Shown here: positions 1 to 15,035 of the stretch, piece by piece | How the letters are laid out: every line of letters begins with the position of its first letter | How positions within the stretch are numbered: position 1 is the first letter of the stretch | DNA from: Octopus vulgaris | Lineage: Eukaryota | Direction: 5' to 3' | Length of the DNA: 64,000 nucleotides | Assembly: GCA_951406725.2 (NCBI GenBank) | Contig: OX597818.1 | Span: forward strand, 23,684,001 to 23,748,000 | Position numbers and translations under genes: made by a program | Notes under the pieces: model-generated | Database searches by the model: none | Seen by the model: only the letters and a program-made list of their open reading frames with translations | What the model was told of the DNA's origin: nothing

Positions 1-440
1 TTGTTAAATCTGATCAGATATCTAATCACCTCTTGTCTTTTCCAGTTGTTCTTCATCACCTCAACAGCATCTCTTATGTTCTATTTCCTTACTGTCAACA
101 TTATTGGTAACTCTGTAGTACAAGCAATTGTACTCAGAGAAATATTCACGGGTACATCATAAGGCAGCTGGAAGTTGATACTAGAAACCACTTCACTTGT
201 CTAATAGCACTAAACAACCCACTTTTCAAAATGTGTAGCAGGAGATTAAGCTACTTTTATAATATAATTTTTTATTCATTCTACTCTTGTTAATGGAATC
301 TTATGTATACAGTTGGCCATAAGAGCCTCAGATGAAGGATGTATTGATAACACATCTTGAACTTTTCTACAGAATTACTGTTGCCATCTTTCTTTCATCT
401 TGGCCTTTATCTCAACGTTCCTCTTGACATCATTTAAAGC
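1..440 (-). mobile_element. Possible highly degraded LINE fragment
   Basis: Minus strand reads ...KERWQQ*FC..., resembling the region upstream of RT in RTE-type LINEs; heavily decayed. Confidence 0.25.
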
Positions 441-1229
441 TAATATATGGGCCTAGTGAATGAATTTGTAGGTAGTTCTGTCAAATGTATATACATGTAT
501 ATATGTGTGTGTGTGTGTGTGTGAAAGTGCTTGTGCCTCCTTTGACAGATAGGGTGGGGAAGCATAGATGTGACTAAGACATTTAATAAGCTGTCTCTTG
601 ATTGGTTGATTTTTTTTTTAACTTCCAATTTCAAATTTAAATTTCATACTCTACTCCTGTATACTGTAACTTTCATTGCCTGTAGAATGGAATCAGCATT
701 GCTTGACTAGCTTACCAAACTATGCTTGGAGAGATTTTAATTCTGTTTTTTCCCCATTAGTGTTCTTAGTACATATTCCCCTTGTACACACACATGACAG
801 ACTTGTTTCAATTTCCATCAACCAAATCAGCTCAAGGCTGATGACAGTTAACCAAGGTACCATGTAGTGAGATTGAACCTGAACTATGTGAATGGGAAGC
901 CAACTTCTTACCACACAGCCATGCCTATGTATAATATAGCATCATCAGTTAATGTCCATCTTCTATGTTGGTGTTTGTGTGTCTGTGTTTGTCCCCCCAA
1001 CATCACTTGACAACCGATGTTTGCATGTTTATGTCCCCCGTAACTTAGCAGTTTGGCAAAAGAGACCAATAAAATAAGTACTAGGCTTACAAAGAATAGT
1101 CCTGAGGTTGATTTGCTCAACTAAAGTTGGTGTCCCAGCATGGCTGCAGTCAAATGAGTGAAATAAGTAAAACAATAAAAGAATATATATATATGATCCC
1201 TCTGTCTGGCACTAGTCACCATGATAGAT

Positions 1230-1535
<306 letters not shown>

Positions 1536-1689
1536 GAGGGATTTCTTTTATCTTTTACTTGTTTCAGTCATTAGACTGCTGCCATACTGGAGCACTGCTT
1601 TTAAGAACTTTTAGTTGAATTAATCAACCCTAGTACTTACTTTAAGCTTTAAGTACTTACTTTAGTCTCATTTGTCAAACTACTAACTT

Positions 1690-2400
1690 AGTCTGCAATT
1701 TTTGTCATGAACAGTAAGTTGGAACAAAGAGCCAATGTGAAATTTTGCATTAAACTTGAGTAGTCTGTTACAGAGACATTGAGCATGCTTCAGCAAGCTT
1801 ATAGAAATGAGACAATGGGCCATACACAATGTTTTGAGTGGTACAGGCACTTCAAAAGCAGAAGAACATCCCTGGAAGACAATGGGTGATCTGAAAGATC
1901 TGTCACAAGAATCATCCCTGGAAATGTGGTATTGTGCATTGAGAATTCATCCCCCAGGGTCAGACCATCAATCAAGAGTTCTACAGTGAAATTTTGAAGT
2001 GTCTGAGGGAGGGCATTTGGCGAAAGCAACTGGATCTGTGGAGCCTGATGAACTGGATTCTTCATGATGACAATGCACCCTGTCACTGAGCTCTCCTCAC
2101 TGCTGAGTTTCTCATCAAAAACATCATATCACTTCTACACCCACCCTATTCACCAGACTTAGTGCCTGTAGACTTCCATCTCTTCCCCAAGATGATGCAA
2201 CTCAAAGGTTGCTGTTTTAACACTATTATTGCGATCCAGAGGGAATCACAGAAGGTCTTCAGCTCACTTACAGAAAATGACTTCCAGGACAGATCCCAAA
2301 AGCGGCAGGAATGCTGGAACTGGAGTATTGCTACACAAGATGACTATTTCAAAGAAGATGATGTTAAAACTTAGGTAAATAAGTTATTAAACATAACTAG
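1690..2400 (+). mobile_element. Internally deleted mariner transposon remnant
   Basis: EQRANVKFCIKL..ETLSMLQQAY..CFEWYRHFK (N-terminal HTH region), HDDNAPCH and PPYSPDLVPVDFHLFPK motifs, with stops and frameshifts. Confidence 0.85.
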
Positions 2401-2421
2401 TCCTGAAGTGGCTGTGCGGTA

Positions 2422-2850
2422 AGGCGCAGGCGTGGCTGTGTGGTAAGTAGCTTGCTTACCAACCACATGGTTCCGGGTTCAGTCCCATTGAATGGCACCT
2501 TGGGCAAATGTTTAAATGTTTTCTACTATAGCCTCGGGTCGACCAAAGCCTTGTGAGTGGATTTGGTAGATGGAAACTGAAAGAAGCCCTTCGCATATAT
2601 ATATATGTATGTATGTATGTATGCATGTATGTATGTGTGTGTGTATGTTTGCGTGCCTGTGTTTGTACCCCCAACATCGCTTGACAACCGATGCTGGTGT
2701 GTTTACATCCCCGTAACTTAGTGGTTTGGCCTAAGAGACTGATAGAATAAATACTAGGCTTACAAAGAATAAGTCCTGGGTTCGATTTCTTCAACTAAAA
2801 GGCAGTGCTCCAGCATGGCCACAGTCAAATTACTGAAACAAGTCAAAGAG
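2422..2850 (+). mobile_element. tRNA-related SINE family A (internal microsatellite, GAGTAAA-like tail)
   Basis: GGCGCAGGCGTGGCTGTGTGGTAAG head, GGTTCAGTCCC B-box-like motif, internal microsatellite, ...ACTGAAACAAGTAAAAGAG-type tail; many copies in the window. Confidence 0.85.
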
Positions 2851-3146
2851 TATATCACCTCATAAGCACCAGAATTTTAAAAAAAAAAAAATTACACTGG
2901 AGCTGATTTGTTCAACTAAACCCTTCAAGGCAGTGCCCTAGCACGTCTGCCATCCAATGAGTGAAACAGGTAAAAGATGAAAAATAACCCTAAATCACAA
3001 TAAAACAGTACAGCATCCACGACTTTCAGGAGCATTTTTGCATGCACAGAATTGTTGAAGCATGAAATAAACTATCCACATCATATGTTAGCTGTCAGGA
3101 CACAGTATCCTTTTAAAATCCATGCTCCCAGAAAGTTCCCAACACC

Positions 3147-3361
3147 ACTCTTTACTCTTAACTCTTTTACTTGTTTCAGTCATTTGACTGCAGCCATGCT
3201 GGAGCACCGCCTTTAATCGAGCAACTCGACCCCGGGACTTATTCTTTGTAAGCCCAGTACTTATTCTATCGGTCTCTTTGCCAAACCGCTAAGTGACGGG
3301 GACATAAACACACCAGCATTGGCTGTCAAGCAATGCTAGGGGGACAAACACAGACATACAA

Positions 3362-3403
<42 letters not shown>

Positions 3404-3565
3404 GACGGGCTTCTTTCAGTTTCCGTCTACCAAATCCACTCACAAGGCTTTGGTCGGCCCGAGGCTATAGTAGAAGACACTTGCCCAAGGTGCCATGCAG
3501 TGGGACTGAACCTGGAACCATGTGGTTGGTAAGCAAGCTACTTACCACACAGCCACTCCTGCGCC
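3147..3565 (-). mobile_element. SINE family A
   Basis: Reverse complement of 2422-2850, with repeated tail (ACTCTTT)n. Confidence 0.85.
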
Positions 3566-4999
3566 TCCATGACAAAGTTATGCAGCTTTTCCTTTTTATG
3601 GCACTTTTGCTGATTGCTTTCCTGTCATTTTGTGTTTTATTCAGTGTACAATACATGTACTTTTAGCTTTTATTGCTGTCGTTCTTTATTTAATTTATTG
3701 CTGCTTTTCTGCCCTCTTTTACCCTTTCCTGACAAGTAGTAGTACATCTCAGCAATATATACAATGAGCTCATTATATGATTGATATATCTGTGCTGGTG
3801 TCTCAGTAAATAGAAACATTATGATACAACCTCGCTATTGTTTTCTTTTTTTTTTATAGAAGTAAAGGTTTGAATCCAACTTCAGAGGAATATACATATT
3901 CAGAAATAAGAAATAAGACTCTTAATTGAAACTGAATGAATATGAATATACACTAATGATGAGGTAAATAGTTTGGAAAACTATTCTCTGAATAATGTTG
4001 CTTTCTCTTAACAAAAATTTATTAACAAACAGTAGCAAAGTGAAGAAGTTCATAGACAGCTATGTATAATTTATAAAGGATTTTGTGTTCAAATTTAATA
4101 GAATACTTAAATCATTTTAATACACACACATATGCACACACACATACATGCACATGTATGTATTTGTATGTGTGTGTGTGCGCGCACGTGTGTATCTGTG
4201 TCTGTGTATGTATGTATGAATGATTGTATGTATGTATGTATGTATGTATGTATGTATGTATGTATGTATGTATGTATGTATGTATGTATGTATAATGAAT
4301 GCCAAATTTTGAACAATATAGATAAGGGTGGATATATATATATTCAATGAGATAAAAATCTTTTGGCTCATGATGAATTATTAAACATTTTGATAGAGAA
4401 AGTTAAATATCACACCCAGAAATTACTGTTTCTGTAACATAAACATAAGCTGTAAATTCTTTTTTAAATAATTGTGTCCTCATAATATGAATTATAATTA
4501 TAGCTATTATTATAGAATAATAATTATAGTTATTACCATACCAGTTATGTATTTAGTCACACCTATTTACATTTTCAGTTCAAATTCTGTTGTAGTTCAT
4601 TTTGCCTGTTATCTTTCTGGAATCAACAAAATAAGCACCAATGAAGTACTGTAATTGATTAAATTAATTAAAGCCAAGCCCAAAAGTCTCTGACCTTGTG
4701 CATCCATAAGAAACCATAATTATAAATGGAATGGTCCAGGGCAAGGTCAGCTTAGAGGAAGGTTACTTGCTCAAAAAACCTCAAGTTATAAGATGTAGAG
4801 ATTTTAGCCATCAGGATTTCATCAGATGTGGCTGGCACTCATCTCCAGCTAGGGGTGGGTGGCCAAAGGGGGCATCTACCCTAGATAATGCTTTTATGGA
4901 GGTGGCACATTTGAGTCTGATGTAGAAGCCTATATGGGCTTAAGGTCCCAGGGTGGTGATATACCCAAGGATTTCTGTAGGCAGCACACACTCTAACTC

Positions 5000-7880
5000 C
5001 ACTCCACCACTGTCTTCAATAACTCAAAAATTCATTAGACTACATGCTAAGTTGAATGGATTGTTTGGGTAAATTATAGTCATTGAAAGGTAAACTTTAT
5101 TACTGGTGTTCCCCCACTTCACATATAAGGATAAAAAAGACTAATGCACCAATTTTTTTCTTTTGCTGTAGTCAGACATTTCAAACATGACACTGTGGAG
5201 TGGCACTACTTTACTAGAAAGAATTAGGTTTAGAAGTAGAGACTATCTTTCTGGATTCAGGAGGTAAGTCAGTGGTATGGGATGTAAATGACAGTAAAGG
5301 CAGTGCCTCCAGCACTAGTAGCTACCTATGCACCCATTGGAGTAGGACATCTAAAGATTTCCCTGGGAATATCCTGCTCTTTCTAACGAGTGCAGTATTG
5401 GAATTGTATTTTAGATGCACAATGAAATTGTATCAGGCAAACCATAGAAGAAGAAGATGGAGCAGAAACCTCTAAAACCTGCTTACACATTTCCAACAGT
5501 CTGAGAGATATGGGTGGATTTCCTGAATATGCCAATGTGAACTTGGAACAAACACAGTGGGTTATTCAGATCATACTTCAAATATTCATTAGGCTAGCTG
5601 ATAGTGAAAGTATAAGGTACCCACAATTTAAACTAACTGGCTACACAGACCACTAATTTGTGATGTTGACCTAAGATTTATAAATAGGAAACTGGCTACT
5701 GGAAGTTGGATGCATCTTTCGCAGTGCATGAAGACTACAGAGACTGGATCAGTGAGATAGTCAATTAGCATTTGATGGAGGCAACAGCCAACAATAGGAG
5801 GCATGATACTCTGAAGAGGGCAATTAAATCTGAATTGATAGCATTTAGGAAAGAGCTAGTGAAAGACATAAGTAGATCAGAAGGATAGCTAGTTATTAAA
5901 TGAGAAGTAATTAGAAATGGCATCATGACCAATGTGATAGTAGTATGAATGTCCCTCAACCATTTCTTCAGTGCAAAACACAAAGGCTGGGTTGTCATCT
6001 CCAATAGTCTCATCTATGACAACGTTCATTTCATGTGACACATCACAGAGGGAACAGATGATAAATCTGGCAGTGATGGGGCCCTGATCAATTTGGATCA
6101 GGCAAAGGCTTTTGGGTAGGTGGCCATTGCTACTTGGTAGCAGTCTGAAAAGAAACCAGTTTCATACCTGTTTCTAGAGGCTAGATTGCAGCAAGGCACA
6201 ATGGCACTTACTTAGTGGTCAAGTGAATGACCACCTATCAGGACCATTTTATATCATGTACTCAGTCCATCAGGATTGTTCTCTCTTATCTCTTCTATAC
6301 ACACTAGCCCACAAGCCATTGCTGCAGAAACTAGAACTCTTAAAGAGCATCCCTTTCATGCTGGGATGCTGGAGAGCTGTGTCAGTGTATGCAGATGACA
6401 TCACCATAATGGTTGTGGACACCATAGAATTGCAAGTAATCAATTCAATTCTAAAGGTATATGAACCAATAGCAGGAGCAAAGATAAATCAGAACAAGTT
6501 AGTGGGTGTGCAGCTTGGTAGCTGGAAAGACAAGTTTATACTGTTGAACAGTATAGTATTAGGTTGTCAAGAAAGTTCTTGCAGTTTTTAACCTTTAAAT
6601 TCAGATGCACATATCTCGGCTCAAACAAAACTTTATTAATCGAAATAAACACTATCAGAATCAACACACTTTTGCCAATGTGAAACAAGTTTATTCATGC
6701 CAGTAGCATAAAAATCCTGTGTTCTGGTGACAATGAAGTTGTTGAAGGTGTGTTTGGCATCGTCTTGGTTTTTGAAGCATTTCTCATGCAGAAAATTGTT
6801 GAGATGCTTGAAAAAGTGGTAGTCAGTAGGTGAGAGGTCTGGTGAGTATGGCAGATGAGGCAGAGTTTTGTAGCCCAATTCATTCAACTTCTGCAGGATC
6901 AGTTGTGCGATGTGCGGCCAAGCATTGTTGTGGAGAAGAATTGGTCCTTTTCTATTGACCAATGCTGGCTGTTATTGTTGGAGTTTTTTATGCATTTCAT
7001 CCATTTACTGACAGTACTTCTCCACTGTAATGGTTTCACCTGGAACTAAAAAGCTGTGATGGATAAGACCAGCCGCAGACCACCAAACAGTCACCATGGC
7101 CTCCTTTTGGTGTAACTTTGGCTTTGGGAAGTGCCGTGGAACTTCGTCGGTGTCCAACCACTGAGCTGAGTGTTGCCAGTTGTCATAAAGAATCCACTTT
7201 TCATCACAAGTCACAATCTGGTCAAGAAATGGGTCATTCTTGTTGCATAAAAGAAGGGAAGACGACACTTCAAAACGGTGTTTTTTTTGGGTATTTTTTA
7301 TTTTTCCAATCTCTTTCAAGTGGTTGAAAATTGTTGTATATGTTACGTCTAATTCAGAAGCAAGCTCTCAAACAGTTGTGCATGGATTGGCTTCCACTAA
7401 GGCTCTTAGTTGATCATTGTCAACATCTTATGGCAGACCACTACGCTTATCATCTTCAAGACTCTTGTCACCGCTACGAAATTTCTTGAACCACCATTGT
7501 GCTGTATATTCATTAGTGGTTCCTGAGCCAAATGCATCATTGATATCGCAAGCTGTTTCAGCAGCTTTTTGGCCTAGCTTGAACTGGAATAAGAAAATTG
7601 TGCAAATTTGCTTTTTGTCCATGTTGTATTCAACATTCCAGAAAAAAATGGCTTAATAATTCAAAAAGAAAAAAAGTAACACGATTAGATAGAGCGAAGA
7701 ACAGGCTTTAAAATGATATATAAAGTCAAAGTAATTTAATGAGAATTAATTTGGAAATACATCATTTAAAACCAAAATTTAAAATTCCACAAGAATTTTC
7801 TTGACAACCTAATAGATTGTTGGGTAGATGATCTGGTTAAATTATTTTAGATATGGTTTAATACAGACTTATAACTGGAA
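5000..7880 (+). mobile_element. Degraded L1/Tx1-like LINE ORF2, interrupted by a mariner
   Basis: LINLDQAKAF, HQDCSLLSLLYTLA (QG motif decayed), YADDITI and GAKINQNK; similarity continues past the mariner (WVDDLVKL). Left boundary approximate. Confidence 0.75.
6559..7812 (-). mobile_element. Mariner transposon (Hsmar1/cecropia-like), defective
   Basis: TIRs TTAGGTTGTCAAGAAA...TTTCTTGACAACCTAA with TA on both sides; transposase pieces MDKKQICTIFLFQFKLG, VTCDEKWILYDN, LHNNAWPH and YSPDLSPTDYHFF, with stops and a deletion. Confidence 0.95.
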
Positions 7881-8399
7881 TGGCTAGTATACTCATAATA
7901 TCATTTTTAAGATTTGAATTAAGCTCTTAATTTAATCTGAATTGTGTGTACTTTTTGCCTTCTATTTCTATGTGACCTAACTTATCAGTTTCATCTATTT
8001 CTAAATACCTAGTCATACAGGTAGTTCTGTAAAAATCCTCTGGCTTCAGATGCTTAAATCTAACTTAATGTTTCAAGCATTAATTAATCCTCCCCTTCTT
8101 AGGCTAACCTAATCTCATAAAATATATATAATCCCATACTTATTTTCATATCCCTGATAAATCCATGTACAATTTTTAATAAATTCTCTACTTGATTATT
8201 GTCTTTTGTACACAGTTTTAAACTATCAAAATACAAACTATCAAAATGCTTTGTCCAAAGCTTTTAAAGTTTGATTCAACAAATCTTTTTAATGAAACCA
8301 AAGCTACATAGAAAACAGGTTTGGGATAAACTGGTCTGAAAAAAAAATTGCTTTTTTTACAAGAATAGGATTAGGGTTTTTTTGTTTTACTATCTTTTA

Positions 8400-9070
8400 A
8401 TGTTATTGAAATCTTCTGGTTTGACTTGGCATGTTTGGCATACTCTCTTAGTATTGGACTAAGATGTTTATATAGAGTGTATCTAATATCCAAGAATGTG
8501 GATGCTGACAAAGGCTTTTAAGTAATCAATCCCTAATATGCTTAAATTTTGTTTCTCCTCGCCTTTCTCTCACTTTGTGTGTGTATGTGTATGTTTCTCT
8601 CATTTGTCTCTCTCTCTCTCTCTTTCTTTCTATCTTTCTCTTTCTCTGTCTCCCTCTCTCTCACCCCTCTTCTGTCTTCAATCATTGCTTCTTTTACAAT
8701 ATCTTTCTGTTCTCCAGGCAAGATGTCGTTATTTTCCAGATGAGTAGCCATCTTGTTGGTGAGTATAGATATCAATCTTTTGTATATTGTTAGTGATATT
8801 GGAGCCCATTACAGGGCACATAGGATATTTGTGTATGGAAATTAATATCATATGTTCTTCTAGTAACCAGCTGGGTGTTTAGTAAGGTCTTTGTAGGAAT
8901 TCATATGTGCTTGTTAAATATTTTAACCTGAAACTGAAGGCTTTTCCAATTCTGAGAAGCTTCTTGTCGCTAGCCATATAGTGACTGTATTTATAGAGTC
9001 TCAAGTAGTTATACAAGGTCATGTGAATAGTGCTACTTTGGTTTCTTCTTCCTGCATTTTTCTAATCCTT
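8400..9070 (-). mobile_element. R4/NeSL-like LINE RT fragment
   Basis: HLENNDILPGEQK ... EAMIED [GA/CA microsatellite] ... GIDYLKAF matches the PxEQKG...WIDYxKAFDS pattern of RLE-type LINEs. Confidence 0.65.
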
Positions 9071-9169
9071 ACTATGCTGTATATTTTACTTATATATGTT
9101 CTCCAAATGTGTTAGTATTTCTCTTGTTGTTGGTGTGTTTTCTCATGCTTCTTTACTGCCCCAGTAAAA

Positions 9170-9378
9170 CATTTTACCTTTTATTTCCGTCATTAGATCG
9201 TGGCCATGCTGGGGCACTGCCTGGAGGAATTTTAGTTGAAATAATTGACTTTAGTACTTATTTTGTTCTTAAGGCTGGTACTTATTTTCTTGGTCTCTTT
9301 CCAAACTGCTAAGTTACGAAGGCATAAACACACCAACACTGGTTGTCGACCGGTGGCAGGGGACAAACACAGGCACAC

Positions 9379-9427
<49 letters not shown>

Positions 9428-9585
9428 CAGGCTTCTTTCAGTTTCTGTCTATCAAATCCACTCACAAGGCTTTGGTTAGCCCGAAGCTATAGTAGAAGAC
9501 ACTTGCCCAAGATGTCATGAAGAGGGACTGAGCCTAGAACCATGTGATTGGGAAGCAAGCTTCTTACTACCCAGCCATGCCTGCA
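9170..9585 (-). mobile_element. SINE family A
   Basis: Aligns with 3147-3565; (CA)n interior. Confidence 0.8.
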
Positions 9586-11029
9586 GGTTCTTGTTGAAGA
9601 AGCTCCAACATTTTACAAAATGATCTTATCTGTTTTTCGCCTTTGTTAAGATCAAGAGCTTAATTCTTTCTTTTGCCTTTAAGCTCTTTAACTTCTTGAT
9701 GCTGTATCTCTCAATATTAATTGTTTTTCTTATTTTTGTTTTATTTTTCCATAGGCTCCTTTTTTTTATATTTCCTTGATCAAGTTTGACCTGGGATTAA
9801 ACAGCAACAACTGGTCTGAGTATATTAAGTAAGAGATGGGTACCCTGTCATATATCATGAATTTTCAAAATTAAAAATTTTCAGAATGCCATGACCAGTA
9901 TATGAATATATTTATTACAAAAAATATACTTTTGGAAAATTATGTAAAATTCTTATATGCAAACAATTTCAGTTGGTAGATATACAGATATGCATAGCAG
10001 TGAAACTGTAAATTACAGTAAAGGTGGTCAAAAATTTAGACATGTTCAACCAACAACATCTACAAAGATCCCCAAAATCACAAGACAGAATTACAACTCA
10101 GGAAATCTTTAAAGTAAATCCCAGCCACAGCAAAACATAGGATACTGAGTTAGTTTCACCTTGAATGTAAAGTCTGTGACAACCAGCTATTCAGCATACA
10201 TTGACTGCAAAAATGTGGTCACTGGAGAAAGAACTATCCCCAAAACACCTGGCACTGGATATTCCTGTATGACCCATAATACACAAGGACTAGTTGTACA
10301 GGAGAGAAGAAAACTGAGCCCAATTATGGAGAGACAATCTATGTCTAAGTAAGGCATAAGTACCAGCCTTATAATAGCGTCAGAGGAAACTGATGAGGGT
10401 CTGGCATTGACAAAACTTTTTTAGTGAAGTAGATGAGTTAAGTTTGTATGTTGTGGGAGAAGAGGAAAATAATGTTTTAGGTAACCCTTAACCTAAGAGA
10501 AAAGTTAAAGAAGTCTCTTCCCTTCAGGTAAAGTCCAAATCCTAAAACATTAGATTCCTCTTCTTCTCTTGGCATACCAACAAACTTATCCAGATTGATG
10601 AATTTACTGTATGCATATCATTTTACCAATGTCCCATTTTAGACAAACCAAAGCTTAGATTCCTAAAATCTGAAGCTAACTTTAATAACACACATTCACA
10701 CTACTTCAGTTCTTGCTTGAGTGATGGTCAATAAATGAAAATGATCTTAGTGTATTAATGGTACTTGTTTTATTAACTCCAGAGAGATGAAATGATGCAA
10801 AATTACGTCCAGCAAGGTTTGTACTCAGAAAATAGAAGAGTTAATTGAAATACTATAAGCTTTCAGTCCAGATTGAGGGAAGGAAGTCCACTATTTTTGC
10901 CAAATTCCCAACTCTAAAAGTATCAGCAGAAGCAACAGTATTAACAACAAGCAACAAGTGGGCACACTAACATATTACTACTAAATAATAATTCAATTAA
11001 ATTATACCTGTATAAAATTATCCTTTCAA

Positions 11030-11225
11030 CTATAGACACAAAGCCTGAAATTTGGGAGGAGTGGGTCTAGTTGATTGCATTAACTCAATTGGTTCATATT
11101 TTATCAACCCTGTAAGAATGAAAGGCAAAGTCAACCTCAATGAAATTTGAACTCAGACTGTTAGGACAGATGAAATACTGCTAGCATTTTGTCCTGCAGG
11201 CTAACGATTCTGCCAGCTCACCACT
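11030..11225 (-). mobile_element. SINE family B (Nin/Deu-like core), CpG-decayed
   Basis: Reverse complement of the GCCTTTCATCCTTTCGGGGTCGATAAA-containing SINE seen intact at 52797; another copy lies at 11640-11838. Confidence 0.75.
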
Positions 11226-12548
11226 TTACCTATATCAAATAATATTATTTAAATTAGCGGGAGAGTATCTGCTATGCAGGCCACTGAGAGCTAAGTCAAT
11301 TGACTTAGAGGAATATGAATGCAATTAAAAAAATGAAGTTTTATCATTAACACAGAGCCAAGAAATTTTATTTTGGAGGACCAAAGAAAATGAGAAGTTA
11401 TGACATTCATATCTTTCTCAACTTCATTAATAACATAAAATGTGAGGACTACAATTAGTAATCCAAACCAAGGGCTTGGTTTACTGAGAAGAAAAATAAA
11501 ACAATAATGATCTCTTACATTGAACATGGCCATAAATTTGCATTGAAATTTGCAATTGAATTAATCCCAATTTTTAGCTGGTTCTGTTGAATGAAAGACA
11601 AAGTATGTCTTGAAATGAAAGGGATATAACTACTTAATGTTTTTCAAATTTTGGCACAAAACCAGCAGTTTTTGAGTAGGGGTAAACTCAATTACATCAA
11701 CATCAATACTTGACTGGCATTTATTTTATCAACCCTGAAAGATGAAAGGCAAAGTTGACCTCAGCAGAATTTGAACTCAGAACAGACAAAATGCTCCTAA
11801 GCATTTTGTCTAGTGTACTAATAGTTCTGCCAGCTCAAATAATAAAATCCGTTTAATCAAGCACACTACCTTTTATTCTCTCCACTACTTGATGAAAACA
11901 ATATAAGTATGTTAGTTAATTCTTTTCCATATAAAACACACTAAGAGTAAAATCCCAGTGTTGCTTGAGTTATAGGAATCTTGGCCAAAATATGTTGCTT
12001 AACTTAGTGTATATATAAAGCACACAAAATATCTCATATTGCTTGAGTTGATAAGAGGAATCTCAATGAAAATTTATTGCACAGAATAGACTACATTGTT
12101 CTCACCCAGTTCCTGGATAAACAAACTAAGATGTATCATGATATCTGATGTAGTGTTTGTCACAATTTATTATCAAAAATATGGCTGACGGGGAAAATAT
12201 CACAGGGGAGCAATCTTTGCATTAAATACAACTATGATAGTGTTTCACATATGTAACACAGTAAGTTGAAACACTTCTATCAACTTGGAATTACATATGC
12301 CATTGGTAGACAAAAATCTCTCTGGTATAATTATTTAAATCTCCAAAAAAAAAAAAAAACAGCAAGGAAGGGAGATAAATCCAATATGATCAGCTGACTG
12401 AAATTTTTGGATAATGTACACAATATAGACTGGATGGAGTGTATCTGATTGTTAAATCCAATTGGTAGAAGCAACAGACATGCTTCAGTATTATAAGACC
12501 TCTTCATTAAAGTATATTCTACTTAACTGGCAAGACTGAATGTTCAAC

Positions 12549-12579
<31 letters not shown>

Positions 12580-12601
12580 TGTATGTATGTATGTATGTAT
12601 G

Positions 12602-12660
<59 letters not shown>

Positions 12661-13105
12661 AATTAAATTCAATCTAAAATAATGGCTTTTGATGTAGGTA
12701 CAAAGCCAGAAATTTTGAGGTGGAAGTGTTTAAGTTAATACCATTTTGCTGGTACTAGAGTATAACTTCTGATCAGTGCTTATAAGAGGAGAAGGGTCAG
12801 TTGGTATATAAGTTTGGGGATCAGAGAGCCAAGAATTCCCACGAATATATTACAGTCTCTTCTCCACTACAAAAGAAAACAGCAACCTTAAATTTTAAGA
12901 AGTTTCCATCCTAAGGCAAGATGTGTTGAAAAACTTGCTCTGCCTTGCTTGTTAAATGTCTTAATGATAGATCACCAGCACATATGATCACTGCCAAGTA
13001 CAGTTGCAGTATATTAAAGCTTGTGACATCTTTTATTCCATCCTGTTAACTTCCTTTTTGATGAGCTCTGCTTTGATGTCAGAAAGAGTTTAATTTTATA
13101 AATAA

Positions 13106-13489
13106 CTAGCAGTATCACCCGGCGTTGCTCGGGTTTGTAAGGGAAATAACTATAAAGCATTTTTAGAGAGTTATAGCCAAAAAATAGCAAAAAAATGGGG
13201 AAAAAATGACGGTAAATTTTTTTTTGAGAGTTAAAAGGTCGAGTTGCGTCTCCTAGACAGTCTGTGGTTTGTGTTTCTGATTCTCGACCCCATGTCGAAT
13301 TTATCGATTTTTTTCAGAACTGGGGGAACTTTTCAAAATTTTCGCTGCGTTAGTTTTGAATTATGACATTGGGCTATGTGTGTGTCAAGTTTCATCAGAA
13401 TCAGTTGAAAGCCGTGGTCAGGGTGAAGGTACAACCTAACAGACACACAGACACGCAGACAGACAAACTGCCGTTTATATATATATAGA
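13106..13489 (-). mobile_element. Non-autonomous Helitron-like element
   Basis: Minus strand starts TC(TATATA) and ends with hairpin CCCGAGCAACGCCGGG about 8 nt before CTAG, between A and T; near-identical copy at 50581-50961. Confidence 0.8.
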
Positions 13490-13838
13490 TATAGATATTC
13501 ACCTGTTTGCCAATTAACATCAACTTTTCTTCAGTATATAGCAGAGTCAGCATATAACAAAGTGCTTTGCTTTACATTTAAACAGATTTACTGCAATATA
13601 AATTTTCAATTTATTGCAAGCCTGCAAAATTTATTTGTCTTACTTTGCACGATAATATCATCTAAATCTCTTTCATCACAGGAATTTTGGAATACTATGA
13701 AAATAAACAGCAGATATGAGAAAATATATGCATAAATGAGCAAATACATACACACACATGCACACACACACACACACTAATATACATATAAGTGTGCTAG
13801 CATATAAAAACATTTGTGCATGTGTGTGTGTGAGAGAG

Positions 13839-13870
<32 letters not shown>

Positions 13871-13871
13871 A

Positions 13872-13953
<82 letters not shown>

Positions 13954-14627
13954 ATACACACACAAAGGCATACCTAGTGCATATACCTAATGAGGGAGAG
14001 AAATAAAATGAAGAGAGAGAGAAAGAAAAAGAGAGTAATTCACTTAAACAAACTCAAAAATACAAGGCAAAAATATATGTGACAGATTATTTTGATAAAC
14101 AGACAATGAAAACAAAAATCTCTACAGAAAATTACATTTTTGTAGCCACCTAACACGTCTTTTTCCAAGTCAGTTTCTCAATAATTTCTCAGTACAAGTC
14201 TTGCTGACATATCAAAGTAACAAAACAGTAGCAGACACACAGCCAATAATGGAACTTTTACATGGACGCACAATGTGTTTATAATAACAGCCAAATCTCC
14301 CTCGTATAACACTTTATCAGCTTAGAAAAACAAAGGGAGGACAAATTGAATAGCATAGCTTTACATATTCTATGTTTGAAAAAAAGGCAGGTTGGTCATT
14401 ACTGTGACACCTTTCATCATAAACCTGCCTGATCAGAGTTGGTCTGGGGTTAAACAACAACTATTATCACTGCTATTCATAGATAAGGCTACCTTTTATC
14501 AAACAAGTTTACCCACTAGGCTGGAAACTGTGAGTTGGCCCTTTTGAAGACATATTTACACTTCTAATGAAATATGCTGCTGGTATGTTTCCATTTGGAA
14601 CAATCAAGTATTTGGAGATGTTTAGTC

Positions 14628-15035
14628 AGTGGCTGTGTGGTAAGTAGCTTGCTTACCAACCACGTGGTTCTGGGTTCAGTCCCACTGCGTGGCACCTTGG
14701 GCAAGTGTCTTCTCCTATAGCCTTGGGCCAACCAAAGCCTTGTGAGTGGATTTGATAGACGGAAACTGAAAGAAGCCCTTCATATATATGTATATATATG
14801 TATGTACATGTGTGTGTATGTTTGTGTGTCTGTGTTTGTTCCCCCCCACCACCACCACCATTGCTTGACAACTGATGCTGGTGTGTTTACGTCCCTGTAA
14901 CTTAGCGGTTTGGCAAAAGGGTCCGATAGAATACATACTAGGCTTACAAAGAATAAATCCTGGGGTCGATTTGCTCAACTAAAGGTGGTGCTCCAACATG
15001 GCCACAGTCAAATGACTGCAACAAGTAAAAGAGTA
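14628..15035 (+). mobile_element. SINE family A
   Basis: Full alignment to 2422-2850. Confidence 0.85.
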